64,000 nt of DNA from Auanema rhodensis. Its lineage: Eukaryota > Animalia > Nematoda. Positions 50,713 to 64,000 of the stretch are shown here, one piece after another. The position numbers were made by a program, and so were the translations under genes. Under the pieces are notes generated by a model. It was not told where the DNA came from and did not search any database. It saw only the letters and a list, made by a program, of their open reading frames with translations. The DNA lies in the NCBI GenBank assembly GCA_964057225.1, contig OZ059895.1, forward strand, positions 7,502,001 to 7,566,000. The letters run 5' to 3'. Within the stretch, counting starts at the first letter, position 1, and each line of letters opens with the position of its first letter.

Positions 50713-52515
50713 CTTTGATTTTAACTTTAAATTTGTTTTAAAGTATGTTTCATAATTTCCTTTTAATTGATATGTATGTTCTTCCCATCTTCATGCATCT
50801 CTTCTTGAAATCACCTTAATTCTAGGCGGTCACTGATTGTCGTGACCGTTGTTTGTTTTCTTTACTTTAACTTATCAGTCTTCAATGTTACATTTTGATG
50901 TTGTTTCCTTTCTCCATGATATCTCTTTCCAAGAAAATGCTCGGTTTGTTAATTGTTGTGTAAGAATACATGAAGCAGGAGTATTTGTGTATATATATTT
51001 CGGCAATGGAACAAGCTCATACCCCTTCTCCCTGCGGACTTTTTCGTTTCACTGATACTTTTCGTCTCCAAATATCTGTATCTTTTTCTCTTTTCGTTGA
51101 ACGATTATCATGCGTATGGTACCGTTAAGATGGTAATGATATCGAAAAAGTACACAGAGAAACATGAATTTAAAGTTCGGCATCTTCACATCGGCTAATC
51201 AATGCTCTTCGTTCTGCTGAATGACCTTCTGATGTATGAAAAAGAATGACAGGAGACTAAAATAGGAATATCTTTCCTTTTTTTCAATATTTTGCAGCGA
51301 TGAGGTCTTTCATTGAAGAACTATAGTCATCACCAAAGTTTCATCTTTAATTGCAAGCAAACTTTAAAATCTTATATACGTGTTGCAAGTGTGATTTGGA
51401 GAGTATCGTAATATAAAGTTTCTTTTATACAATCTGCTTTTTCTCATCAGCCTTGATGATTATCGTGTCTAACATTTCTCGTGGTGGAGAACTTGCTATA
51501 TGTGCAGAAAAGAAGAAAAGCCAATGTATTAACCTCATCAATTTCTAAGGCTGATCAGCCAGATTAAACATTTGAAAATGCGTTATCTTACCATCTCTGA
51601 GGCAGGTCATCTTCAAATAGATTTAGGGTTAAGATTACACGAGTTTCCAAATAAGGCAAGCAGTCCCGTCAGTCAGTCAGTCACTAGTCATTCGGTCTAG
51701 ACAATGTGGACGCCGACACTAGACATTCAGCTCTTTCGTGTTCACCTTTGCATTCGTTTCTCATGTTTTGTTTGAAAATGTTTTATACGATGCCATAGTA
51801 GCTGCAACTTCTGGAATGATTATAATGTCCTTTCAACTCAAGATGTATTTTGAAATCTTATCATGATCACCAGTTCACTTCTACGTGGCGCCATCTACCC
51901 TTTAGTGTTTTATATTAGGGCGGAGCTTTGAAACAGTATAAATTGGATTGCTTCCTATTTGTCAATGCCGCAGACTAGCGAGCTGAACACGATGGTAATG
52001 TCTATGTAGAAAATGATAATTCCTTATCAGTAGTAAACCCAATTAGTTTTTCAGATAAGCTTACCGTTCAAGCGCGATTCTTCTCAGTTTTCTAACTTCA
52101 AATTTAAAAAAAAACAACTTCCAGAATTTTCCAAAACATCTGTGTGTGCGATGTAAATAGAATATGCATCTTTTTATTGGCGCTATTTTCGAATTATCAA
52201 AATACAGAGAAAAATATTATGTATTTTCACGTAGTCAAGAAAATAACATATCAATCTCATCACCGGCACCACTCATCATTGTGTTCTATTCTAACACTCA
52301 TCGCTTTTCCAAACTTTCGCGGTGGGACTCTTCGAAATTCAAAAAAAAATTTTTTCTGGACTTGTTCTGTATTTGTTATATATCAATCCTATACCGTTCA
52401 GTATAACACCATTTGTACTTACGTGAATCTTCATGTTCTCTGGAATTTTCGAATACATAGTTATTATATATATATATTTCAACGTTCCTTTCATTACAGG
52501 TAATACACTTTTGCA

Positions 52516-54000
<1,485 letters not shown>

Positions 54001-54289
54001 ACATATCCTTTGTTACAATATTATTTGTTACTTTACTTTGAGTTTTAAAGTATTCATGTAATCATATGATGATAGATTTGTTTTTTATTGTTACGAGCAC
54101 GGTCCTCAGTGATTAGGATTCATAATCAATTATAATATAAAGATTTTGCACCATTTGTTGTTGTCAATGAAGTACTATCGAATTTCTGAGAAAATTCCGA
54201 ATGACGTTATTATTAGCATACTGATAGGAATTGACCGGTTAGGAATATGCTATGTACTGCTCCAATTTTCATGAAACTTAATTTCAAAA

Positions 54290-54391
54290 TGGGAATCGAA
54301 CGCTGCGTGGCGCAGAAAGGTTCCAACACAGCAGGGGCAAGCAAAACCTAGCCCCATGTTTGGGATTGACTGACCCACCTCTGACAATTTT
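54290..54391 (+). ncRNA. Candidate structured small RNA (snoRNA-like) with 28S-antisense sequence
   Basis: GC-rich intergenic island with hairpins, ACAGCA (H-like, 54328-54333), GGGATTGACTGACCCAC (antisense to recalled 28S GUGGGUCAGUCGAUCC with G-U pairs), then CTGA/ACA and TTTT. Confidence 0.4.
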
Positions 54392-54786
54392 CTCGGTGGT
54401 GAAATAAGAAACATTGTAAAATATAATTTCTTCTTCCAAGCAATTTCTTAGCAAATAAACCACGTTGAGTAGGGTTGCGAGCGATCGTCATTGTCATTCC
54501 TATGTATACACAAGCCTTCAATCCTCGGCCTAGGTGTGGAAATGAGTCTCGTCGCGAAACACCTGGTGCTGGGCCAGGTATGCAATATCGTCAGAATTAT
54601 GATAATAACATGCTTTTATCAGTAGAAGCTCTTAATGATACATATTATTTTAATTTTAATTTTTAATATTATTATGTTCTTCTTCTATTTCTTAAAAGTA
54701 GTTTACATTTGTTTATTTCTATTTTATCATTTAGGGTCTGAGTCATCCACTGGTCTAGTGCCAGTGTACGTCGACCACGACTGACG

Positions 54787-56812
54787 ATGTCCTGTTCTGC
54801 GATTTTTATACTTGATTTTAAGGGGAATGTAAGTTAATATTTTCGAAATATTCGTTTCTATAATATTGTTCATTTTCTAAAGGTATTGGTATCACGAAAC
54901 TATAGGGGCGATGTTGAAATGAGTTGTATCGAAAAGTTCATGCCTCTTTTAGTTGATAGAGAAGAAGAAGGTATTGTATCTCCCGTTGTTCAAAATGGAG
55001 ATATTAGTTATACTTATATTAAACATATGAATGTATACTGTAAGCTCTTAAAATTTTGAGAATAATTTAATTAATTACTTTTTAGTGGTTAGCGTGTCCA
55101 AGAAAAATATGAACGCTGGATTAGTATTATCCTTCTTATATAAATGTGTTGAGGTAAAACTGTAATAAAGACAATTTTTCATTTAAAATATAATTTAAGG
55201 TTTTTTGTGAATATTTCAAAGATTTAGAAGAAGAATCAGTAAGAGATAATTTTGTAATTATTTATGAACTCTTCGATGAAATGATGGATTTTGGTTATCC
55301 CCAATCAACCGAAGGAAAGATACTACAAGAGTATGATTTTAATATAATTTTATCCAGTTTATTGGCTTTTTAGGTATATAACGCAGGAAGGACATCGTTT
55401 AGAAATGGCTCCTCGGCCTCCAACCGCTGTTACAAATGCGGTGTCTTGGCGTTCAGAGGGAATTAAATACAGGAAAAATGAGGTTTTCTTGGATGTTATT
55501 GAAAGTGTAAATATGCTGGTATGATGTAAATAATTATCTGTTAAATATAATTACTTACTAAGGCAAATGCACAAGGAACAGTGCTGAGGAGTGAAATTGT
55601 AGGTTCAATCAGAATGAGAGTAGTTCTTAGTGGAATGCCCGAGTTAAGACTTGGGTTGAATGATAAAGTTATTTTTCAACAAGCTGGTGCTGGACGTAAG
55701 TGTTGTTAACTTATTCTTCTTTTTAATTTGATATTATAGGTGGAAGAGGAGGGAAGGGAGTAGAACTTGAAGATGTAAAATTTCATCAATGTGTTCGTTT
55801 ATCCAGATTTGAGTCTGAGCGAACTATTTCGTTTATACCACCTGATGGAGAGTTTGAACTCATGAGCTATCGTTTGACAACTCAGGTCCTTAAGCTGTTT
55901 AATAATAGTAAATAAACATACATCATTTATAGGTTAAACCATTGATTTGGGTTGAATGTGTTGTTGAAAAACATCTTCATTCACGTGTTGAATATATGGT
56001 TAAGGTTCGAATTATTATAACCTCGTTAAATCCGCTTATAAATTAATTTAGGCTAAATCACAATTCAAACGACAATCGATTGCTAATCATGTCGAAGTTA
56101 TCATTCCAGTGCCATCGGATGCTTACTCTCCAAAATTCAAAACGGTATACATATTCATGAATGAATAGATGAGCTTGTATTTTAAATTAAGAGCACTGGG
56201 TCTGTTAAATACGTTCCTGAACTTAACGCTTTTGTATGGACTATAAGAAGCTTCCCTGGTCAGTAGATAATCTTTATCTATCTTTATTTTATTATAAAAT
56301 TTGAGGTGGAAGAGAATATCTTATGCGAGCTCATTTCTCTTTGCCATCAATTATGAGCGAAGAAACTGAGGGAAGACCTCCCATTAACGTTAAGTTCGAA
56401 ATTCCGTACTATACTACTAGTGGCCTGCAGGTTAGTAATACACTAATAATAATGCTAAAGAATAATTTAAAATACGATTATATATATATATATACACATA
56501 TAATAAATATATAAGAAAAAAATATAAAAGTTCTTCCATAGTTTGCTAAACCAACTCTGTTATGCGTTTGCTCAAAAATAAATAGGTTGAAGCTTTCACG
56601 TAAGTAGTAAAATGCGGATGAGTGTCAGTACTTTCAATAATATTTAATTCATGAAGTATAAAATCTATAAAATAAGATTCTGCTTTATATTAAATAGTAA
56701 TATTTTATTTCAGGTTCGCTATTTGAAAATTATAGAGAAAAGTGGATATCAAGCTCTTCCATGGGTACGTTATGTGACTCAAAATGGTGATTATCAGATG
56801 AGGATGAACTGA
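54787..56812 (+). CDS. apm-1: AP-1 adaptor complex mu subunit
   Basis: [14 protein letters not shown]|[19 protein letters not shown]...[26 protein letters not shown]|[14 protein letters not shown]...[19 protein letters not shown]. Closer to recalled APM-1 than to UNC-101. Confidence 0.9.
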
Positions 56813-57890
56813 TTTTAATTGCCTCTTCCCCTTCCAATAACCTCATCTGTGTACCAAGGTTGTGAATATGCAAAAGTTCATTCTAATCTTAATATAACTT
56901 TAAAACGTTTGTATTTAGTGGGTGATACTAATCTTATAGCATGTAAAATATTTATTTGTTATTCAAGCTTCACTTTTGCCTGGCTTTCGTTCATTTAAAA
57001 ACTGTGATGGTTTGTTGTGAATTTTTTATATTTCTTGTTAGAGCTATAGTTTTTTGGTAGAATTTAAATGTAATAATATTCTTAGGGATTGGTTTAAATA
57101 TATATTTATCCCCTCTAAATGTGATATTCCATATCATGTGATTTTATCTGCCTTATTGTAAGAAAATATATCTTTTATTCCAAAAAATATCAACATATGT
57201 ATCTTATTATGCCTAAGTCGTGAACTTAATAAATTGTTTTAACAGTACAATGTGATTACGTCTTTTGATAATACCACTTATATCAACCGGTCAGAGATAT
57301 CTTCTTAGTATATGCGGTAATAGAAAATGATCGGAACGATTGGAGGAACCAATTGATAACTAACTATATTTGTGTACACAATCAAATCGTTCGCCGATCC
57401 TACAGAACTACGCCTGCGGTGGTAGTGGTTTTGGGGGAGGGCAGTTAGGAGACGGCCTTGTCCCCGTTTTCTTTCCTAATACGCTATTTCACTCTCACAT
57501 AGAGAGGCTAGGGCTACATTTCTAGACAATTTTTAAACTGTTTCCAAGAATTGAATTATCAAAATTAACATTTTATATTTTGATTTTCTTAAAAAGCTCT
57601 CAAACATTAAAGATCACTTGTTTTTGGCAACTGCTCTTAGCAACACTGATTCACTTTGTATCTTATTCTTATGTGTATTTGTTTTTGTTTATTCGTATAT
57701 TTGGTTTTCGATCTAGCTATTAGCTTGTGATCTAACCGTTCTTGATCTTGTATTTTATAGTTTGAATAGCAGATCAGCCTGATGGCTGGATCCCCATGAC
57801 CTATTGGAGTTGCTATCATCCAGTTGAGCATTTGTCAGCACTTCTTTACTAACTATATAATATATATAACTCACTCTATCAACTACTAAT

Positions 57891-60800
57891 ATGGCCAGGT
57901 TAGTTAAAATTTTCTTCATTAGCTCTTGGCTTCTCCATGTAAATTGATGACTCATGAACTGTAATTCGGGGTCGCTTGCAATCGAACACCCTTGTCTTCT
58001 TGATATTACCTCAGGAATTTGGGTCAACGTTTTTTGGAGGAACCCAGTAGCGCTATCGGTTAATTTATATCTTAATGTCATCGAGTTTCATTTTCAGACC
58101 TCTAGAAGTGTGGCTTGTATCTATATTATGTCTGTTTGTGACTTTGAAAGCTGAACTGACTTGTCCTGTGCTACCATCCACCTGTACTTGCACAGTTGAA
58201 GAAAATGAAAAGCTGACTATCTCTTGTGATGGCGCTATTCTTGGCAGTCTATTCAAGGTAAGTCTGTTGTGTAAGGATTTAAACTAAGCTTAAAGAAACT
58301 TTTATGAATCTTTAATAATCTTTGGCGGGATGGTCTTAAGGATCATGAGCGATGGAGATCAGAAGATGGTTGGAAATTTCAAGCCTTCTTCTCCTTTTCT
58401 TCATCGTTTTAAAAGAGATTTTCCTTTCATGGATTTTTCTATTTTGTTTCATGTGCCTCAAACTAGTTGCCTTATTTGACAATTCACGAGACTGAAATCT
58501 CGTTTAAGTAGTTTTAGAAACTTGGGGGATGTTAATATTTAGTCTAAGCTAAAAAAAGTTTTACGCAATATAATTTTGGTTTGTTTTACAGGAAATTGGA
58601 AATCTGCCGTTAGACAAGCTTAAAATCTCCAATTGTTCCCAGCCTTTCCTCAATGTTTTGCCGAAGACTAGTATTCGTGTTTTGGAGCTATCTAGCTGTG
58701 GAATCAAATCTGTGGATGCTAAGGTAAGAGAATTTTTTTTTATTTGTGAGAAATGAGAGTTGTGTTCCTTTTTTTTCCGAGACAGACGACGTTTTTTTTG
58801 TTACCAATTAAGAAATGATTGACTAAACGTCTCGTATTGCTCTGATCGGGGTTACGGAGGTTTCTTATTCTTTTATAATTGGACTAGCTGTGCCATATTT
58901 AAAAGTCTCTTCAGCATTTTGACGCGGAACTATCAGAAATGAGGAGTTATGATTTTGTTAGGAAATGGTTTCAATTGATTTTCGTCTTTTTGTCATTGAA
59001 AACTATTTCAAATATTCCGGTCCTCTTGACGCGCTTTTAATTTTTTTCTTCACATATTCCTGCGATTATGAACTAAGTACTAAGTAAGCTTATAGAGTCC
59101 CATATTATAAGAATGAGTGCAGTCGAGGTAACATATTATGAATATTGTCGCCACCTTTTCCGATGGGATCAAAGTGATGTTGACAACATTACTAAGAGAA
59201 GTTAATACAAAATTTCGTATTATATATCCACACACATATTTATGATGTGTCTGTATGTCGAGTTGTGCTCCCAATGTCATAATCAGTCATTGTCCGCATC
59301 GGCGATCTGATATGATATTGACATTTTGGCGTTTTATTCTTCTACATCATCATATACACATCTTCATTAACTATCTTCTTATTCTTCATCAATGTCTTCT
59401 CCTCTTATTCGTTTGAAGTATATTGTACAGGAGAATCCACAAGTAATTAGGTCGATGTTGAAGATGACAACGAACACAACGTCTGACTGTTCAGTGTCAC
59501 TTCGTCATCTCTTCGAAATGCTGAATGACCAAGAGATACAGCAACGGAAGATTATTTTAAACATTTCGTTTTACTGTTGTTAGAAGGACGCTGGCAGGAC
59601 AACACGGGGCGTTTCTTGTGGAATCGGTTCATCGTCCACCTGTAGCGTGCTGGCCGACACCAACATTGTCGAATATCGTGCCCACGTCGTCTTCGATGTC
59701 AACGATCACATTGCCTGCTTATTCACTTCAATGAATAGTGAACAAATCGATTAACGGATGTGTTGTACCAATATTTTAAATCATTCAATTGACCTTACCG
59801 ATTAGGTGATTAAATTTGGGGTATATAGCATGTACAACCCGGGTGGTGCTTAATTGAGGTTTTGTAATACAAACATTATTAATATGTTTGTTTCATATGC
59901 GACCTATTTTTAATTTGTTTCGCATAAACCCATGTGTCACTCCATCTGTATATATATATATAGGTTTATGAGCGGCATTTTGTGGTTTATTGTTTTAACA
60001 TGGATATTAGCTCTGAATTTTCTAATATTCATCAGATTCACTTGTGTCACATTTTATGAAATTTTTTGTTTCCGTAGGGAGTGACCGGATGCGGTTTCTG
60101 TGGTCCTCTTGTTCTGTCTCTAACACCGGTCATGTACAGATTTCAACGGATTATGTAGTAACTGGGTCAGCCGCGGCTTCGCCTGACTCAGGCCTCTTTC
60201 ATTCTCTCTTCCTCTCTTCCTCGCACACTGTTTCCTCATCGTTCTGTATTGGTAGTACAACCATATAACATAGCGAAAGAAGGAAGGAGGTAAAGATCTA
60301 GACAGATGTGAAATGAAAGTGAATTTCGTCAGTCAGTCGACCATAGAAGGCAAACTTAGCCTGAGGCATAACGATCGTAGGAGAGGAAATTTATTGTCAC
60401 TGAACATACTATGGGTTCCATTAAAACTGGATACAATTTACGCTGCTAAATGTACTATGTGTAGGCTTAAGCAGGACCGATCTGGTTAGGTAGCTAGTAT
60501 CTACTCGGAAATAGAGCCTGTATTCCACCCGTACTTGTCTGACCATATTGGGATAATATGTATCCGTGAAAGGGAATTTCGAAAATGAACAGTCATATAT
60601 TTTTGGGGAAAGCTTTTATGGATAGTCGAAACGAGAAAAACGTAGTGAACGAGATTTTTGGTTTGCAGATCTTCCGTCAACTCGCTGGATCATTGGAAGA
60701 GTTGAGCCTTGCTGACAATCGTTTGAATGCTGTTCCTGATTTTGGATCCTTGCCCAAGCTTATTTCTCTCAATCTCAATGGAAATCAGGTAAGCCGGTTA

Positions 60801-63800
60801 TGTTTGACGTTTTCCGGAGGGTGAGACTGACCTCCTATATGCCTCATGGATTTCCATAAAAGATCTTCGGGTTAGAAAAGGATCTTGACGTTGTCGTTGC
60901 AGTTGACCGACATTGCTGCGAAAGCACTCGAGGGTCAAAAGAATCTTCGATTTCTGCGATTGGAGAGAAACCGTATCTGCGCATTGAACAGGTTGAATAC
61001 AAAGTAAAATGAGAGCTTAACACTGTTATTGTAGAAATTCATTGGCTGAAATCAAGAATTCTCTGGAGTTGTTAGATTTGAGTGATAATTGCTTAAACGC
61101 CGTACCAGCTCAGAATATCCGCAACAGCGGACGTTTGATGTATTTAGATCTTTCTGATAACAAAATTGCTGAGGTAAGAATTATTTATTTTTATGAATCG
61201 AGAAAAACCAAACTTTCTGAAGATTAACAACTTCGAACTCATGAACATGCCAGTTCTTCGCGAAATTAGATTGAACAACAATCAACTTAACGTCATTCAC
61301 CCAATGGCTTTCATGAATGTTCCACAACTTCAATTCTTATACATGAGGTTAGATAACATTACTATTAGTCAATATTATTAAATTTTCTTATTAAAGAGAT
61401 AATCTTATAAGTACATTGGATGGTAATAGACTCCAAGCATTCCAACAGTTGGAAATTCTTGATGTTACTAACAATCTTCTTCAAAAGGTTAATTGAATAT
61501 CTAAAAAGTTTTAAAATAGTAATTGTTTAGCTTCCATCTTTGAAAGATTTACAAAACCTGAAGCAAGTCCGTATGGACGGAAATTTAATTGATAAGATTG
61601 AGACTCTTGCTTTTTCAAACAATCCTAAATTACAACTGATTAGTATTCAGGTACATCATGACTTTTAAAAATCTTTTAATGAAACTCATTCGTTTTAGGA
61701 TAATAACATTTCTCAAATTTCTCGTAACAGTTTTGATTCCCTTGATGAATTAATCATCTTGCTGTTAACCAACAATTCTATTCCTACTATCGGTTTGACA
61801 AATATATGTATAATTTACTTTATTAATATGATTCAGAACGAGGAATGTTCGATGGAATGAAAAATCTTCAACAGCTTAACCTTCGTAATAATACTATAAC
61901 TAAGGTTGATCCTAGCGCTTTCATTTCTCTTACTCATATGACTGTAATTGATTTGGCTTATAACAAGATAACTGACGTTGATAAGGTTCATCCAAACTAT
62001 AAATATTCAATCATTTAGCTATTTATAGGAAACATTTTCTCGACAAGGAAAGCTTTTCTGGTTAGATATTTCTAACAATAAAATCAGTGGTTTCGCTAAA
62101 GACACATTTACCAAAAAGATTGCAAATATTCTTCTCGATGGTTCGTTTTGGTTAGTTTTCGTATTATGAATCAAAAATTTAGGAAATCAACTTGTGTGTG
62201 ATGAAGCTTTTGATTGGTTTGTTCAATATCTCGTTAATTATCATGTCAGAACATTCTTACCGTTCCAACCGGAAATTTCATGTGTTGGACCAGCAAAGTA
62301 TGCTGGAGTCAGGTTAGTTGCTCTCCATATTTGCTTGTTCTCATGACTACTGTTACAGACTGAAGGACCTTATGATGAAGAAAGCAAATGATACTATCAA
62401 TGAAGGAATGAAGACTCTTGGCTTTAATGGCCCCAATAATCAGAGATCATTAATTTCTTCATTTATTCCTGGATTGAATGGATTACAAGGAGCTGTCGGA
62501 TCTGGAGGATCATTTAGCAACATGGCATCTGGCATTCCTGTCTTAGGAACTTTGACTCAAGCTATACCTTCCCTCAGAAATTTCCCTGGAATGAATCTGC
62601 CTTCTGCTGGCTCCGCTAATGTTCCAAGTAACCGCAAGCTTAATAGCGCTATTGAACAGGCAAGATTATTACATTTGGACAGGTTGAAGATATTTATTTT
62701 AGTTTACTGCTCCATTAGTTCGTTTTGCCACTGGTGGACAACCTGTAGCTAGTGATATTGAGCAACTAATTCAATCTATTCCTAATTTCGTTGTTAATGT
62801 TCCTGGGCTCGGAGATGTTGATATTAGACAGGTAATTTCGTGTGCAAAATTCTAGTTTTAATAATTGGTGTTAAGCTTGATCCTAACTTGGTTGCCCATG
62901 TCTTGCGCGGTGGACAAATTCCTGGAATCCCCAAAGAAACTCTGGACGGTATCATTCAGCAATATATGCTAAAGATGCACGAGGCTGCTGCTGCTGCTAA
63001 CTCTGGAAAACTTAGAGATTCTCAAGCTAAGGTTATTAAAGACTTCAATTATATATAAAACCCTTCCATGTTTCAGTTTTTGCCTCCAGTGAATACTCTT
63101 CCTCAAGAGCTAGTAACTAGTGTAATGGAAGGCGAACCGCTACCTGGCTTAAATCATGAACAAACTAAAGCTATTTCGGTACTGTGTTTTTTTCAGAGAT
63201 TAATTTGAATGACTAATTTCAGGAATACTATACTAAAACCATTGCGGTAGAATCAGGACAAGTTGGACCTGCAGGAACTAAGAATGTATTCTCTCTTACA
63301 CCTGCAACACTAGAGATGTTGAAAATGCTACCACCTGGATACAATATTTCTAAGATCCCAACTGAAATAATTCAATCTATTAGTCGTGGAGAAGTTCCTG
63401 ACCTTACTAAATTGCCTAAAGATTTGTTGGACCACTTCAAGACTAATACCGATAAGATGGCTGTCTTGTTCACCAAGGCTACTGTTGTAAGTTATTGATT
63501 TCTAATATTGTGTTATTCAACTTATTTAGGCTAATGCATCGATCGAAGATATCTTATCCAAACTTCCTAAGTTTGAGAAGCCCGTCTTAGCTACCTTCTC
63601 TCCTTATGATATTAACCAAATCTCGAGCGAAATGATTCACGAGGAAGAAGAAGCTTTGAAAGCTGCCAAGATTAGACTGTATACAGCTATTGCTCTCGGA
63701 TTAGTTGGAGCTTTAACAATAGTGGTTCTTGCTTTCTTCGTCGTTTACTTGAAACGTCAACGCAAATTGAAGAACGGGTATAATATAATTGTTTCAATAA

Positions 63801-63929
63801 TTCTTTCTAAATTTTTTCTTCAGTGGACAAACATTTACTGGAACCCCTCAATTGACAACCATTCCTGGAGCGCCATTGGCTAATTCAACAATGCGTGATG
63901 CTGTAACAGTTCACCTTCGTCAAGAGTAG
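57891..63929 (+). CDS. egg-6: Extracellular LRR transmembrane protein
   Basis: MAR|PLEVWLVSILCLFVTLKA signal peptide, LRRNT cysteines, INNFELMNMP..IHPMAFMNVPQLQ, LRRCT, RLKDLMMKKAN, PLVRFATGGQPVASDIEQLI and a C-terminal TM; matches recalled C. elegans EGG-6. Confidence 0.88.
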
Positions 63930-64000
63930 ATATCTTTGCCTCTTAGAGACTCTTTTAAATCCTTGCAGCCATTCCTAGAGCTTTAGCTTATTTTCACTGA

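Noticed and set aside
54220-54255. ATATTCCTA (snR30/U17 m1 motif) on the minus strand
   Set aside because: No m2 motif (AAACCAT) and no properly placed ACA box.
59390-59800. Possible nested gene in the large egg-6 intron
   Set aside because: Short open frames on both strands, but no coherent start-to-stop model could be built.

Overview
AT-rich, intron-dense nematode (rhabditid-like) genomic DNA with short ~45-55 nt GT-AG introns. Coding genes from left to right: 3' end of a ZP/cuticlin-like gene, an Sra/Srab-like and two Srsx-like chemoreceptors, a MARVEL-domain gene, an smz-like PDZ gene, two unrecognised multi-exon genes, a GT92/DUF23 glycosyltransferase, a DOMON-cytochrome b561 reductase, dyf-1 (with an X-box), hint-1, SF3B3/teg-4 with a tyra-3-like amine GPCR nested antisense in its introns, ahcy-1, apm-1 and egg-6. 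The standout non-coding system is at 13.86-15.2 kb. It is a tandem array of six minus-strand units, each with a tRNA-like Pol III leader (A/B boxes), an ~80 nt box C/D-type RNA with U3-like boxes and two antisense elements to conserved 28S rRNA segments, and an oligo-T terminator. A second tRNA-like-leader RNA (H/ACA fold) lies in an SF3B3 intron, and a third candidate rRNA-antisense RNA lies between ahcy-1 and apm-1. All gene names and rRNA matches come from recalled sequence, not database searches. Exon boundaries were read by eye.
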